Counted from the first letter of the stretch, positions 26,831 through 40,333 are shown. The stretch: DNA of 64,000 nt from Eledone cirrhosa (GCA_964016885.1 OZ024742.1:223076001-223140000), one strand, 5' to 3'. Notes: generated from the sequence alone by a model not told the origin. Translations and numbers: made by a program.

Positions 26831-27770
26831 ATATCTTAACTATAATAAAGAAAGGAGTGCAGGACTGCATCCAGAATATATTTTTTTTACCCCGTTTGTA
26901 AAATAAGTTGGATTACTTTGAATAAATAATTGTTTCTACTTTTGGCACAAGGCCAGCAATTATCCCAGTGCATTACTGCCACTTTATTTTATCGACCCCG
27001 TAAGGATGAAAGGCAAAGTTAAATGAATGAATATTACATAATTTATGTACTAAATTTCGTGGCTGTTGATTAAATATATTTTATAGCTTATTTAAAGATT
27101 CACTTCTTTAAAATTGTCAAATGTCAACACTTCCGGTTAGCGGCCGTTCTATTATAACACTTATAATCGCATATATTTCCGTCACTAATTTTCTTTGCAG
27201 TTTATATATAATATCGTCTTTTTTTAAATGTATCTTGGATTACGTTACTGATTACAGAAGACAGTGTAACACAGTCTTCATTCAATTTCTGTGTATATTG
27301 TCAATTACGATTTTATTTACATGAAATATATTTGTGTATAATATCAATATACACACTACACATGCTAGCAGAAAATCACCCGAAGTAGAAAAATGCATAC
27401 AGAAGAACAGTTACATAAAACAAACAGACAACCGAATATTTACATGTTGCGTCACCTTTTGGCATGGAATATTTTGCATTAAGGTGGGATTGCATTTGTA
27501 ACACCAGTTTGCACAACAGATTGGAGAACTGCTCTGTTGGTAAGACACATGTGAAACAATATTACAAGAAAGAATGAATAGAAATATTATGTGCCTTTTG
27601 ACAAAAACAAAGCTAGATATATAAAAATATTATGACTAGAAATAAATAATTAATAAACTTGTGACTGTAAAGACAAAAGACATTGTAAAATGTGCAACAG
27701 GTTAATGCTAGAAATGCTTGTATATAAGTTGCATCTTTTTATGAGAAAATATATCAAAAATTAGCTTTTG

Positions 27771-28220
27771 TACTTTCGGGTCCCAAATAATAGAGTGGTG
27801 GGGATAAGCAGGGGAGTGTGTGTGTGTGTGTGTGTGTGTCTGTGTGTATGGAAAATTGGCAGTTTTTCTAGGTTGTCTTTTGATTTTTTTTTAAAAACCA
27901 GAATTAGTCATTTAGTTTACATATTGAGAGCCCCCGACCCATCCTATTTATTTTATAATGGGATTTCTAGTAATATACTTTTTTGGTCAAGTATGAAATA
28001 CAGGTTAAGTATGAAATGACTGATTTCAAATTGAAAGTGCTTAAAGAAATCGGACATTTCATACTTAAGGACTTAATATAATGTTTTTTAATGTATAAAG
28101 AAAATTAATTGTCCCAGCAATTTCGCTGGAGATAGATTAGCAAAATTTGATAAGTTGGGGGTTGGAAAAAATCTGAAAAATTAATAATAATTTTTGCAGG
28201 GTATTCGAGACATGAGAGTA
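27771..28220. mobile_element. Decayed TA-flanked MITE (Tc1/mariner/pogo type)
   Basis: TACTTTCGGGTCCCAAATA versus TATTCGAGACATGAGAGTA: imperfect TIRs with terminal TA. Confidence 0.5.
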
Positions 28221-29900
28221 CTGGATTTACAAAACCTCCATTCAAAATACAATACATTGTAAATGTGTATAACAAGGTAGTGTTTTATACATGAGTATGC
28301 AAAGTAGTTTTCTAGGTCTTGATCTGATGATTGGCTTTTTTTTTTAACTTCTTTAATACCCGACCACCTGAAACAACCCCTAATTCTATGATACAGTGCT
28401 GTTTATTTTATAGTGTTTATATTTATCTAAAAATCTTTTATATAAGAACCTTTGTTAAGATATGTTTCAAACCCCAGCTTCATAATTATTTAAAAATCAT
28501 AGGCAGTGTCTTTTATTAGAAATATGGAAATGAAAGCTAAGTTGAATGGGTGAAAAAAGAACTTTGTGCAAATACCCACATTGACTAGTTTAGAGGATAA
28601 GTTTAATAAATACAGAAGTAGTAGTGTAGTAGTAGTTTAATAAAGCCATTAGAAGTAATTAAGATATTTTGTTTCAAACATCTCATTGACAAATATTAGC
28701 CCCCCTCCCAACAAAAACCCCATTGAAAGAGGAAATATTCCCCTAACCTAATTTTTCCAACATGAATTAAAAAAACAAAACAAAGAAAAATAGAATGTTG
28801 TGTGACCATGTGACATTTTGCATTGGATATAAAAAAAAATTATCCAAGCTTTCTGTTGGTGAACTTACAGTAATAGGCAGAGGGTGGGGGTCACTCTAAT
28901 TTCTCTCCCTGCTTCCTCCCCCTTTTCTTCCTTCTCCTTCCCTTTTATCTGATACTGGTTCTTAATTTATGTATCAATATGACTCTAAGATATGAAGGTG
29001 GTGGTGGTGGGGTCATTAAGGCAGTTGTTTGGTTGTTGATTTTACTTTTTTCAACCATATTTCATTGACACACAGACATTTCCAACCATATTTCATTGTA
29101 ACACACACACAGACAGCCAACCAACAAGCAAGTTAACTAGCCAGCCAAATGTGTTGGTAACAATTAAACATCTTTATCATTAAATGTAGGTTGAGAAGAT
29201 TTTTCAATTTATCTATATTGATAAATGCACTCAGTATACTCTGTAAAGTGGTTGGTGATAGGAAGGGCATCCAGTCATAGAGAACTTGCCAAACAAAGAG
29301 TTGGGAGTACTTTACAGATGTGGCAAAGACATGGTAACTTCCCTAGTGTTGGTAATTTACTTGATAAATGTATCAAGTACATTCTGTAAAGTGGTTAGTG
29401 ATAGGAAGAGTATTCAGCCATAGAAAATCTTTCAAAAAATAAAGGGGTTTTTCAGCTGTGTTAAAAGACATAACAATCTCCCTTGTGCCGGTGCTACAAT
29501 AAAATGCACCTGGTGCACGCTGTAGAGTACATGAATGTATGTAAGCTATATGTGGGCTCCTGGCTTGTTTGAAAGGTCAGTAACTCTGATTAAGTATTGA
29601 CTTGATCTATCACCTTGCTAGCATTAAATGAGTTGAAGTACTTACTGTATTTTATGACATATAGTCACCTCACCCATGTCTGACTAATAACACCCGTTCC
29701 CTGTTCAGTAGAGAATATTATGGAAAAAAAACACATTAACTTTAACCTGCCTGTTACTTCAGCCTGTGTGATATATTTTTTAGCTATTTTTTGAAAAAAC
29801 AAAAAAAAAAAAAAAGGTCTTATATGACATCAAACGTGGTATATACTAGTCTTGCTTATTTCATGTGTATATCACTCATCTTCATCATCAGTCTGGTTGT

Positions 29901-30175
29901 TTTTTCATTGATGTAACAGTGGGATCATGATGGAACTATTTTCATTGGTGTAACAGTGGGATCAGGCTTTGATGGAACTATTTTCATTGGTGTATCAGTG
30001 GGATCAGGTCATGATGGAACTATTTTCATTGATGTAACTGGGATCTGGTCATGAGGGAACTATTTTCATTGGTGTAACAGTGGGATCAGGTCATGATGGA
30101 ACTACTTTCGTTGATGTAACAGTGGGATCAGGCTTTGATGGAACTATTTTCATTGTGATAACTATTTTTATTGGT
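29901..30175. repeat. About 40-bp minisatellite, roughly 6.5 copies
   Basis: TTTTCATTGRTGTAACAGTGGGATCAGGTCATGATGGAACTA units. Confidence 0.92.
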
Positions 30176-30243
30176 TCTCCATGTTTCATCAGATTTACTT
30201 AGATTTATTAAATTATTTCTGCCTATGTTAGATTATTTACTCC

Positions 30244-30289
<46 letters not shown>

Positions 30290-31538
30290 TGTTATACTTG
30301 GGGAGGTCATATTTGTGTAATATTGCCAGAATTAATAACAGAACACACTCACTGTTTGGTTGGTTTTCGCTTCTCGCTGTCTTTTATATCGGTAATCTAA
30401 CTTACTCGGTCCTCAATGTTGCCATTGACTGACCGACGGTCAAAAAATAATACAGATACAATATAGACACAAACACATATATATAGTTTATCATAAATCT
30501 TTCGTTGCACATCTGCAACATCGTCAGTGGTCAGTGTATGTCTACGCCATTTTTATTCAGTCTGTCTATATATTTATTTATTTATTTGCTTACTTGTTTA
30601 TTTTATTTTGTTTTCTTTGCGCATGCGTTTGCGTGTGTGTATAGTGTTATGTGTGACTAGTGCTTGTTGTTATTGTGCTTGTGTATGTATTTATTTATTT
30701 ATTTATTTATCTTATTTTATTTACTTATTTATACTTCTCTTAGGTCAGTGTTGTTTGTTTGGGTGTTGTTGTTATTCCATTCATTCTTTCTGTTTAGCTT
30801 TGGTCTTCTAATTTCTATTTCACTGGCCTCTCTGATTTGCCTATCTGCTGGGTCATTTCTATGTTTAGATATTATTCTAATTTCTATGTTGTCTATGTTA
30901 CCGTCATGTTATTGTCTAGCATATTTGTATAGTACTGACCCGTTTTTTCGTCCTTTTAGTTCCCCCCAGTGTTGGTCTATCCTTTCACCTATGCTACGAG
31001 CTGTCTCACCTATGTATGTTGTTGTCATGTTTCTGCAAGTACCCTCTGTACATCTTATGCTATAGACTACGTTTCTAGTTTTACAGTTTATCCGGGGGTT
31101 CACCTTACATATGATACATTTCCTATTGGTACAGTGGGTTTTCTTAAAAGGGTAGGTTTTGCTGATCAGGGATTTTATGGTGGTTCCTGGCTTTTCTACC
31201 ACCTTTATTTTTAAGTGGGTCTTTCTCAGGGCCTTTCTACACTGGTTAGCTAATTTCCCTCCAGGGGTGGCGTCCACAAACATGACACTCTGGTATCTCT
31301 GGTTGTCGTACCATGAGGTGGCTTTCCCTATCTTATGTCTAGCCCTATCTAAGCTATTCCATGATTTGCTCCTGTATAATGGGCAAATTCTTTTCATGTC
31401 CAGTTCTATGAGGGTCTTATACTTTTCCATGGCTCCTTCGTATACTCTGACTCTGTCTCTTTGGTTGTAGCCAGAGAACTGCATGCGGTTGATGAAGTGT
31501 TGGATGTGTTTTTCCATTTCTGTTGGGTCGCACATGCT
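30290..31538 (-). mobile_element. Penelope-like element 3' part (linker, Cys motif, GIY-YIG, pLTR), Neptune/Naiad type
   Basis: SGY...PLYR...FVDATPGG...VVEKPG...CTNRKCIIC...C..NVVYSIRC...YIGETARSIGERIDQH. One premature TAA at 30909-30911; the frame then continues (RQIREASEI...LNRKNEW) to a stop near 30729. Confidence 0.9.
30488..30533 (-). ncRNA. Degenerate type I hammerhead in the pLTR of the Penelope-like element
   Basis: UGACCA-CUGACGA-U-GUUGCA-gaug-UGCAAC-GAAAGAUUUA-UGAUAA. Core and 6-bp stem II are intact; stems I and III carry mismatches. Confidence 0.65.
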
Positions 31539-31539
31539 A

Positions 31540-31785
31540 GACACATTCTTCACACAGTCCACGCTGTAATGTGGCCATGTAGGTAACACGGTAAAAAGTT
31601 CCCAGTTCAACACTGTAAATGTGGTTGGTGTTAGGAAGGGCATCCAGCCGTAGAAAGCCTGCCAGATAGTCCTATACGAGCAAGACACGGTCACCCGACC
31701 AACCTTGCCTCAAGTGGCACAACTCGCGTCTAACACATGCTAGCGTGGAAGATGGACGTTAAACGATGATGATGATGATGATGAT
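31540..31785 (+). mobile_element. RTE 3' UTR/tail fragment
   Basis: GTGGTTGGTGTTAGGAAGGGCATCCAGCCGTAGAAA...GGACGTTAAAC(GAT)n; the same sequence follows the RTE ORF at 38170-38480. Confidence 0.85.
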
Positions 31786-32174
31786 ATATATATATATATA
31801 GATATAATGTAAGTAGTTAGATTTATATATCTGTATGTAAGTGTGTGTGTATCCTTATGTCAATTACGTCTTTGGAAATGAAGTTCAGGCTTATATAACT
31901 ATTTCTAGTTGTGTTATAACTGACATAAAAGTATGGCTATTTACAGTTAATTTTGAGGTCGGACAAATGGAGAAGCTGGCAGTGAAGTGGAAGTGGGGGA
32001 TTACATATATTTAATTATTTGATGTTGATTAATGTCACAGTTTGCTAATTTGAAATTACTTTCGCTAGAACACTGCAGAATTCCGATTAATGGTATTTCT
32101 TCTAAATACCAAATTATTGTAGTGTTCTACTTCTCAATAGCTCATTGTAGTTTTCCCTTTCTAAATATATTTTT

Positions 32175-32790
32175 GTAAAATGCACCCAGTACACACTGTA
32201 AAAAGGTTGGTGTTAGGAAAGGTATCCAGCCATAGAAACTATGCCAAACAAATGGTTGGAAGGACTATTCAGTTGTGTCAAAGACACAACAACCTCCCTC
32301 GTGCTGGTGTCATGATAAAATGCACTTAATATATTCTGTAAAGTACTTTGTAATAGAACATAGACAATATAGAGTAGAGAGGACTCTTCAGCATTGCTGA
32401 ATACAAGATAACTACCCTAGAGCTGGTGCTACAATAAAATGCACCCTGTACACTCTGCAAAATGGTAATGCTGGTAACATGGCAAAATGCACCCAGTACT
32501 TTCTGCAAAGTGGTAATACTAGTGCCATGATTAAACTCTGTAAAGTAGTAGTACTGGTGCCACAATAAAATGCACTACATGCAGTCTGTAAAATGGTAGT
32601 GCTGGTGCCACAATAAAATGCACCTAGTACACTTCGTAAAGTGCTTGGTGTTAGGCTAGGCATCCAACTGTAGAAAACATGCTAAAATATGGAATATAAG
32701 TTATGGTTCTTTGACCTGTCTAGGCTCAGACTGTGACCACTCTTCCAACCCATGCCAGTATGAAAAATTGACATAAAATTGATGATGATC
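32175..32790 (+). repeat. RTE-tail-derived array with about 41-bp tandem units
   Basis: AAAATGCACCCAGTACACTCTGTAAAGTGGTARTGCTGGTGCCACAAT repeated, ending in an RTE-type tail. Similar arrays at about 42440-42740 (+) and 48885-49330 (-). Confidence 0.8.
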
Positions 32791-33799
32791 CATTTCTAAA
32801 GACATTATTGTAGTGTCCCAAAATACATTGCCTATGATTTTAAAATGATTAAAAATTCGGATGGATTTAGTAATATAACTAACTTTCTCATTATCAAATT
32901 GGTGTTTGGAACATAAAGTTTCTTACATATAATTATGAGGGAAGGTTTTTTGATAAATATAAGCACTTTGAAACAGAGCTTTGTATCATAGAACCAGGGG
33001 CAGTTTTATGTGTTTTGATATCAAAAGTGTTAACTTATTTTTTTGAAAGCTATTTTATTCTAAATAAGTTCAGTAGTTAGAAAGTGTATTGAAAGGCTTT
33101 TTTAGGGGATACATTCTTTGGTATTTGATTGACACTTGCTTTAAGAGTCAAGAGCAATCTTATTACTGTTTCATGATTAATGCTGACATAATATAAGCAG
33201 GTGACAATTGAAGAATATAATTATGGTAATTAGTGAACTAAATAATTACTGTTTTTAGTGAGTCTCAAGGACAGAAGTGAAGGTCGAAGTGTCTGACCAT
33301 GTGTTGTTTATAGTGAAGGTGCATGGCTTAGTGGTTAAGGTCTTTGACTCAGAATCATTAGGTTGTGAGTTGAATTTCTGGACTGGTCAGTGCAGTGTGT
33401 TCTTGAGCAAGATGCTTCATTTCATGATAGGACTGGGGCTCCCATCATTGAAATATCCAAGAAATCTCTTATGAGATACAACCTTGTAGGAAGCCAGTTT
33501 AACCTTCATTGGTGTGTGCTGTACTAACAATATGACATTAAAACACCCAAGAAACCACCTGTGAGATGCAACTTCATAGTAGGCCAGCTAAACTTGCATA
33601 AGTGTGAGGTACTCATTTTCATTTTTTATTTCATGTGTTTATATCTCCTGACTTTCTTTCAGCCCTTTTTTTCCCTTTAAGTAAGGGACAATATCTTGCT
33701 TGCTTTAGTTTTCCTGGCTGAGAAAATATTCACCTATATGATTATATGGTTAATTGTAGATTGTGAGCTTTTCATGAGGCCTGTGTGTTTTGTTAACTA

Positions 33800-34215
33800 G
33801 GGTACATAACGCTGTGTGTGGGTGAACAGAGTCCTTAAAGCTGTGTATGTGGGTGGGACTTTTAACACTGTATGTGTGGATAGAGTACTTGACACTTACT
33901 GCATGGGTGGGACTTTTAACACTGTATGTGTGGGTAGAGTACTTGACACTGCATGGGTGGGACGTTTAACACTGTATGGGTGGGATATTTAACACTGTGT
34001 GGGTGGGACATTTAATACTATATGTAGGTGGAGTACTTGACATTGTATGTGGGTGGGACATTTAACACTGTGGGTGGAGTACTTGATACTGTATGTATAG
34101 GTGGGACATTTAACACATTGTGGGCAGGAAATTTAACATTGTATGCGGGGGCATGGTACTTGACACTCTATGTGGGTAGGGTACCTAATACACTATGTGG
34201 GTGGGGTATTTGACA
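33800..34215. repeat. About 25-28-bp GT-rich minisatellite
   Basis: ACACTGTATGTGGGTGGGACATTTA / GAGTACTTG units. Confidence 0.85.
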
Positions 34216-34841
34216 TCTTGTGTTTAATTAATGAATTCTTGTTGTTTTCCTGTTGAAATCCTGTTTCAGCTGGTATATTCCATATGTGTGTAATTATATA
34301 TAAAATATATCTGTAATACATTATTGCTGGGGTAATTAATCTCCTCTGCTGGCTTAATTAGCTTTATAACTTGTGAAATCATAAACAGTTGCTGGTATTA
34401 CATTGTCTCTGTGCCAGACACTTGATTACCCCCCTCTCTTTGTTTGTCACCACTCCTCTCTGTTTCTCTCTACCTTCTCTCTCTCTATCTCCTCCTCTCT
34501 ATCTTCTCTCTGTCTCCTCTTCTCAATCTTCTCTCTGTCTCACTGTCTCTCTCTCTCTCTCTGTCTCACTCTCTGTCTCACTCTCAGTCTCTCTTTGTTT
34601 GTCACCTCCCTTTTCTTTTTCTCTCTATCTTCTCTCTGTCTCCTCCCCTCTATCTTCTCTCTGTCTTTCTGTCTCTCTGTCTATTTCTGAAAAAATTTTT
34701 TTATAAAATGATTTCATTCCTTGTGTCGGCTTTGTTAATTTTGTATATTAAAAAAGTTATAAAAAATGAATTCACAGACAGAGCATAGAGAACACAGTGA
34801 AAGGTCTCATGTAGAGTCACTGTCAGAAACTGAAAGAATAA

Positions 34842-35786
34842 ATGAGGAAGGCAGTGTCTCTGATGGAGACAGACTGTAAAGAAAGACAAAGCCATATTTT
34901 AAATAATATGGCTTTGAACACTCACATGGATATGGCAAACCAATTCAACATGAACATCAGTACCAGCACCAACTATGACAACAACAACAAGGAGAACAAA
35001 AACACTAACAACAACATCAACAAGAACAAGGAAAACAAAAATGAGTACAACAATGACAACAACATCAACACCATCAACAAAAACTCTTTCGCTGCTGCAG
35101 CAGCCCAAAAAAAAGAAAAGAAAAAAAAAACAGTCCATGCTTTACCATGGACCTTAGTAAAAAGGACAAGAAGTTGGCTCAGGCATGGAAACTTATCAAA
35201 CAAGAGCAAACCTGGGCTAACTTAACCATCTCGACAGAGGCTGTGGAAGCAGTGGAGAGGAGAATGGTGATTTTTTTAGATACATTTCAGTGCAGACTCA
35301 CAAAGTGGAGACCACTTCGCAAGCTGAAGTTGAAGCTGTGCTGAAATGAATTGGACAAGACACCGAGTACATAGCGAGGGGCAGACAATATGGCACCATC
35401 TCGGTGCTGTTTAAGTCAGAAGCTCTCGCTATAGAACACTGACCCTATGCAAAACCAGCAAAGTCATAATGTACTCCTTCCACATGGAAAGAACTGTGAG
35501 AGTCCACATTCCCAGAATTCCACCAGAACTGGACTTGTGGTGGCTCCTGGGATGCATGATTGTGGAAGTGACAGATGCCCTCCCGATCGAGGCAACTAGA
35601 ACAGCCAGGGAAGACTGGTCTGAAGTGGATTTGGAGATACTTCTCCAAATCAAACCTGAGGATCTTAAAAAAATCCCAGACCACACCTGTCTTCAAAATG
35701 GGACTGCATTACAAGTAATAAGTAAGGGCAGAAAGCCACACTGTTTCATCTGCAGAGAAACAACACATGAGGGGAAAGATCATTGA
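34842..35786 (+). mobile_element. Decayed retrotransposon ORF1/gag-like remnant with zinc knuckle
   Basis: Asn-rich leader and frameshifted body ending LQVISKGRKPHCFICRETTHEGKDH*. This is CX2CX4H with the last Cys lost, in the V..GR.P.C..C...H context of non-LTR ORF1 proteins. Confidence 0.6.
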
Positions 35787-35819
35787 TAAAGTATTAGGAT
35801 GATTGTAGAAGAAACAGGC

Positions 35820-36607
35820 TAGGATAAAAATGCAGTTCACGGAATTTTAACAAACCATTTGCACATGCGAAAAATTTGTGCAAAACTAGTGCCCAAACAC
35901 CTGACTCGGGAGCAAACAGCAAACAGGCTGGACTTTTGTCAAGATTTGCTAGAAAGACTTGAAATTGAGCCAAATTTCTTGGATAAAGTAAGAACAGGAG
36001 ATGAATTATGGGTGGACAAAACGGCAAAGTGATGAGTGGCACAAAAAACATCTTGTCTGGAGAAAGCACACATTGTTGATGAAAACAATGATTATCATTT
36101 TTTTCAACTGCCATGATATTGTTCACAATTGGACAGACAATTAATTGCACCTTCTACAAAGATCTCTTGGAACGACTTTGAAAACGGGTCTAGTGTGTCT
36201 GAAAGGACATTGTAGGAGATTGGGTACTGCACCACGATAATGCACCTGTTCATACAGCACTTTCAAATAAGAGAATTTAAAGCAAAGAAAAACATTCCCA
36301 CTCTTCCACATCCTCCCTACAGCCCAGATCTAGCTCCTAATGATTTCTACCTCTTCCCTAAGTTGAAATAGAAGCTGAAGGGTCATCAGTTTTGGACTGT
36401 GGAAAACATACAAAAAATTGTAACCGACAAACTATGAACATTCATTGAAAATGACCTCTGGGACTGCTACAATCAATGGTAAAAATGTTGGAACCACTGT
36501 GTGATTTCCCCAGGGTCGTATTTTGAAGGAGATAACTTGTAATTTTATGTACATCTAATATACATTTAAATAAAACACCAGCACCCTTACTTTGGGACAA
36601 ACATTGT
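35820..36607 (+). mobile_element. Decayed mariner (D,D34D) transposase with right TIR remnant
   Basis: KICAKLVPKHLT, TGDELW, WVLHHDNAPVH, HPPYSPDLAPNDFYLFPKLK, GSYFEGD; many stops. TIR-like TTACTTTGGGACAAACATTG at the end. Confidence 0.92.
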
Positions 36608-37874
36608 TTATATACTTGTATATATGTGTGTGAGTATGGTTATGTTTACCATTAAAATAATTTTGATTTCTCTCACATTGGCCCAGTGCCACACATCTTT
36701 GTAAGTGGAGGAGGAGATGTAAAATCAATTGAACTAACACCACTATTTCAATGGTATTTTACACATCAAAGACAAACATCATTAACTGAGATTTATTTAT
36801 TTATTCATCTATATTACAAATGGTGAACAATTGCAGTATTTATAACAAAGAGCTAATCAGTTGCTCACTGTATTTCTGATAGTGAAAGAGACAAGGGAGT
36901 GCCTCTGACTCGATGTAGAACAAATATTTTCTTTCCTATAGCTGGTATGTATCAGAGAAAGATATACACATTAAACTCATCGTTTTAAATCTGCTATTTC
37001 ATGCTGGTTTAGTGATTAGGATATTGGGCCCACAATCCTAAGGTCATAGGTGCAATTCCTGGAATTGATGGTGTATTGTGTTCTGGAACAAGATGCTTCA
37101 TTTCATGTTACTTTTCATGATAGGACTGGAGTCTCTATTGTGAAAAAAACTGAGAAACCTATGAGTTAGAAACTTCAGAGGAGGTCAGCTAAAATTGCTT
37201 AGATGTGAGTTGAAAATTTCATTCTGTTAACAAGGGCTGGATTAGACTTTTTTTTAGGCAGTTTTCTACAGCCAGATGCCCAACCCTTTATTATATTTTT
37301 AGTTGCAAGATGAAATGCCGAATTTTGAAACTTGCAACAGAATAGACTTGGCTGAAGGTATCCATTGAATGTTTTACACAAGAAATATTTAATCCCCTTT
37401 GATATCAAACTGCCAGAAGTTGCCACTGGTTCTCCAAAAAGTGTGAATTTTAAAATGTTTAATTTCTCTAAAATCATAATTTTATGTAAGAACCTTTCTT
37501 CAATTATGTTCCAGAAACCAGCATAATAACGAGAAAGTTATATTACTAAATCACTCCAAATTCTTGATAATTTTCAGAATTATTAGAAAAACATAGACAG
37601 GTCTTTCATTAAAAATATGCTAACAAAATAGTTGGATATTCATAGAGAATTCCTTTTTTGAGATGGCAGGGTGTGGGTTGAGGGAGAATTGGCTCCTATT
37701 TCTAGTAGGGGGAGTGACCATATAAAGGTTATCTTATTAACTTATGTATATATTAGATGAAAAGGATCAATGAAGACTTAAAATAAAGCTGCAACTAGAA
37801 CAGACTTCTTGAATGGTAGCTAGGCTGCACATGAGGAAATATGTAAGGATGGAAAGATAAAAAAGAAATATATA

Positions 37875-39580
37875 TCATCATCATCATCGTTTAATGTCTA
37901 TCTTCCACGCTAGCATGGGTTTAGAGGGGAATTGTCCCACATGAGGCAAGATTGGTTGTCTTGTTCGTATAGGACTGTCTGGCAGGTTTTCTATGGCTGG
38001 ATGCCCTTCCTAACACCAACCACGTTTACAGTGTGGACTGGGAGGTTTTACCGTGTTACCTACACAGCCACATTACAGCATGAACTGTGTTTTTTTTTTG
38101 TCGTGACACCTACACGACCTCATTTATTTAGGACTGGATGTTGTGGTACCAACATAACTTTATATATCATCATCATCATCATCGTTTAACGGCCATTTTC
38201 GACGCTAGCATGGGTTAGACGGGAGTTGTGCCACTTGAGGCAAGGTTGGTTGGGTGACTGTGTCTCGCTCATATAGGACTATCTGGCAGGCTTTCTATGG
38301 CTGGATGCCCTTCCTAACACCAACCACATTTACAGTGTGGAACTGGAAACTTTTTACTGTGTTACCTACATGGCTACATTACAGCGTGGACTGTGAGTTT
38401 TTTTTTTTTTTTTGGTCGTGCCACCTACACGATCTTGATCTCATTTATTTGGACTGGATGTTGTGGTACCAACTTTACAGAGAGAGGGTGGTGTTGGTGG
38501 GAGTGGGAGGATAGGGTAGGGGTAGTGGATTGGGGTGTATATTTGGTTAGTAGGTGCCTACTGACTGTAGGTTTCGCTTTGTACATAGGCAAGGCGGGTC
38601 TTCTGTATTACTGTGTAGCAGCAAAGATCTCAGTCCAATGACATTGTCTTAGAGAAGTGCAAGTGTGTAAGGTCGGAATTTATCAGATCGTCCCAGGTTT
38701 TTTTGGGTCTACCTACTCCGTAACTACCATCAATTTTGATCGCCCTGTACTTTTTTATGCAGCTGTCGTCTTTCATGCACATCGCGTGACCATACCAACG
38801 TAGTCTTCTCTCAAGTAAACAGCATCTGATCCCTCTTATTCCTAATTTCTCACTTAGTTCATTTATGCTTTGCCGTTCACGTATGTTACTATTACACATC
38901 CAACGGAGCATGCATGCTTCGTTCCTTTCCCGTCTGCACAGGTCCTCTGCACATAATGCCCATGTCTCACTGCCATGTAGCATTGCTGTTTGTATACAGG
39001 CATCATACAATCTGCCTTTCATTTTTAGAGAGAAACCTTTTGTGGCCAACAGCGGTATAAGCTCTCTGAACTTTTTCCATCCTGTTCTGACTCTGGCTAC
39101 TGTACTTTCAGAACACCCTCCGCCACTGCTGATTTCGTCACCCAGGTAACGGAAAGTGTCTACTATTTCTATAGAACCATCTGGGCAATAGAAGGAGCTA
39201 GTATCCTGTGGACACTTGCTACTTATTGCACCTGAGCATTGGCTACATATAAAGTCTACGTTCTTAGATAGTTTACCTGTGATCCCACTACATCTTTTAT
39301 GTACCCATACTTTGCATTTGGGACATAAAATGGAATTTCTGCCTACTCCTTTCCTACACACTGAGCATGGCCATTTCCCTGAGGGCACCTGTGCCCTATA
39401 TTCCTTTCTACAAACTAGAACTTTAGTCTTAGACAAGTTAACTTTAAGGCCTTTTGATTCTAGGCCATGTTTCCATGTTTGGAATTTCTTCTCTAGTTCA
39501 GCCATTGATTCAGCTATGAGCCTTAGATCATCTGCGTATAGGAGTTCCCATGAGCGGCCGGTCTTGAACTCCTCTGTTAT
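37875..39580 (-). mobile_element. 5'-truncated RTE LINE with duplicated 3' tail (same family as 16790-17910)
   Basis: LLYADD...FRYLG...RRLRWYGH; premature TGA at 38630. Tails at about 38165-38480 and 37875-38160, each ending in (GAT)n. The 5' break is at (TA)n. Confidence 0.95.
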
Positions 39581-40025
39581 ATATATATACATATAGCATG
39601 TTGGTCTCTGTATCTGACTTATCTCATAACCTAACAACCCTTCTAACCCATGCATGCGCAGAAAAATGGATGTTAAATGACAACAATGATGATGATGATG
39701 ATGATATATATATATATATAAAATTGTTATCCTGACCTCCCAGACCCTGGCAGTATGAGAAAAGCAGGATGTGGAGCTGGTTATAATGTCAGAAAATTTA
39801 AAGTCCCAAATACCCCCCCCCCCCCCCCCCCCCCCCCCCCCGCCCCTCTGACACACACTTACATTTTATATATATATATATGCTCACTTATCTTTACAGT
39901 GACTAACAACATCCCGCTGGGAAAAATTATATAGTATTATTTTGAAATTTTAATTTTTTGCTGGTTCCTAGTATTATGTTCTGATGTGAAACATCTATAA
40001 TTGAATATTCTATATTAATATTTAA

Positions 40026-40333
40026 CCCTTTCGTTGCCATATTTCTAATGAAAGACACTGCCTATGATTTTCTATTTCTGAAAATAATCAAGAATTTGAA
40101 GGAATTTTGTAATAATAATAACTTATGTATTATAAATAACTCTGGTGTTTGAAACATAAAATTATGGCCAAAGGTTTAAATTTCAATATAAATATTTTAA
40201 AGTAAACAGCTTTGCATCATAGAACAAGGGCAGTTTAGTATCAAAAGTGTTTATTTAAATAAGATCTCGTTAAAATGGGTGATATTGTTTAATAGACTCT
40301 GATGTGGCTTCAGGTGCTTTGACATCAAAAGGG
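40026..40333. mobile_element. Second piggyBac-type MITE family (TTAA-CCCTTT...AAAGGG-TTAA)
   Basis: Ends visible here. Many decayed copies, for example at about 3300-3720, 7225-7775, 15160-15727, 28345-28525, 32790-33035, 37395-37625, 40585-40794, 42790-43027 and 56630-57075. Confidence 0.75.

Noticed and set aside
29901-30175. Regular roughly 40-bp repeats resembling a CRISPR array
   Set aside because: No unique spacers, no cas genes, eukaryotic context; it is a minisatellite.
31539-31694. First roughly 52 aa of the 261-aa ORF (MTVSCSYRTIWQAFYGWMPFLTPTT)
   Set aside because: Antisense reading of an RTE tail fused by chance to the Penelope frame; the same peptide recurs at 37932 and 38254.
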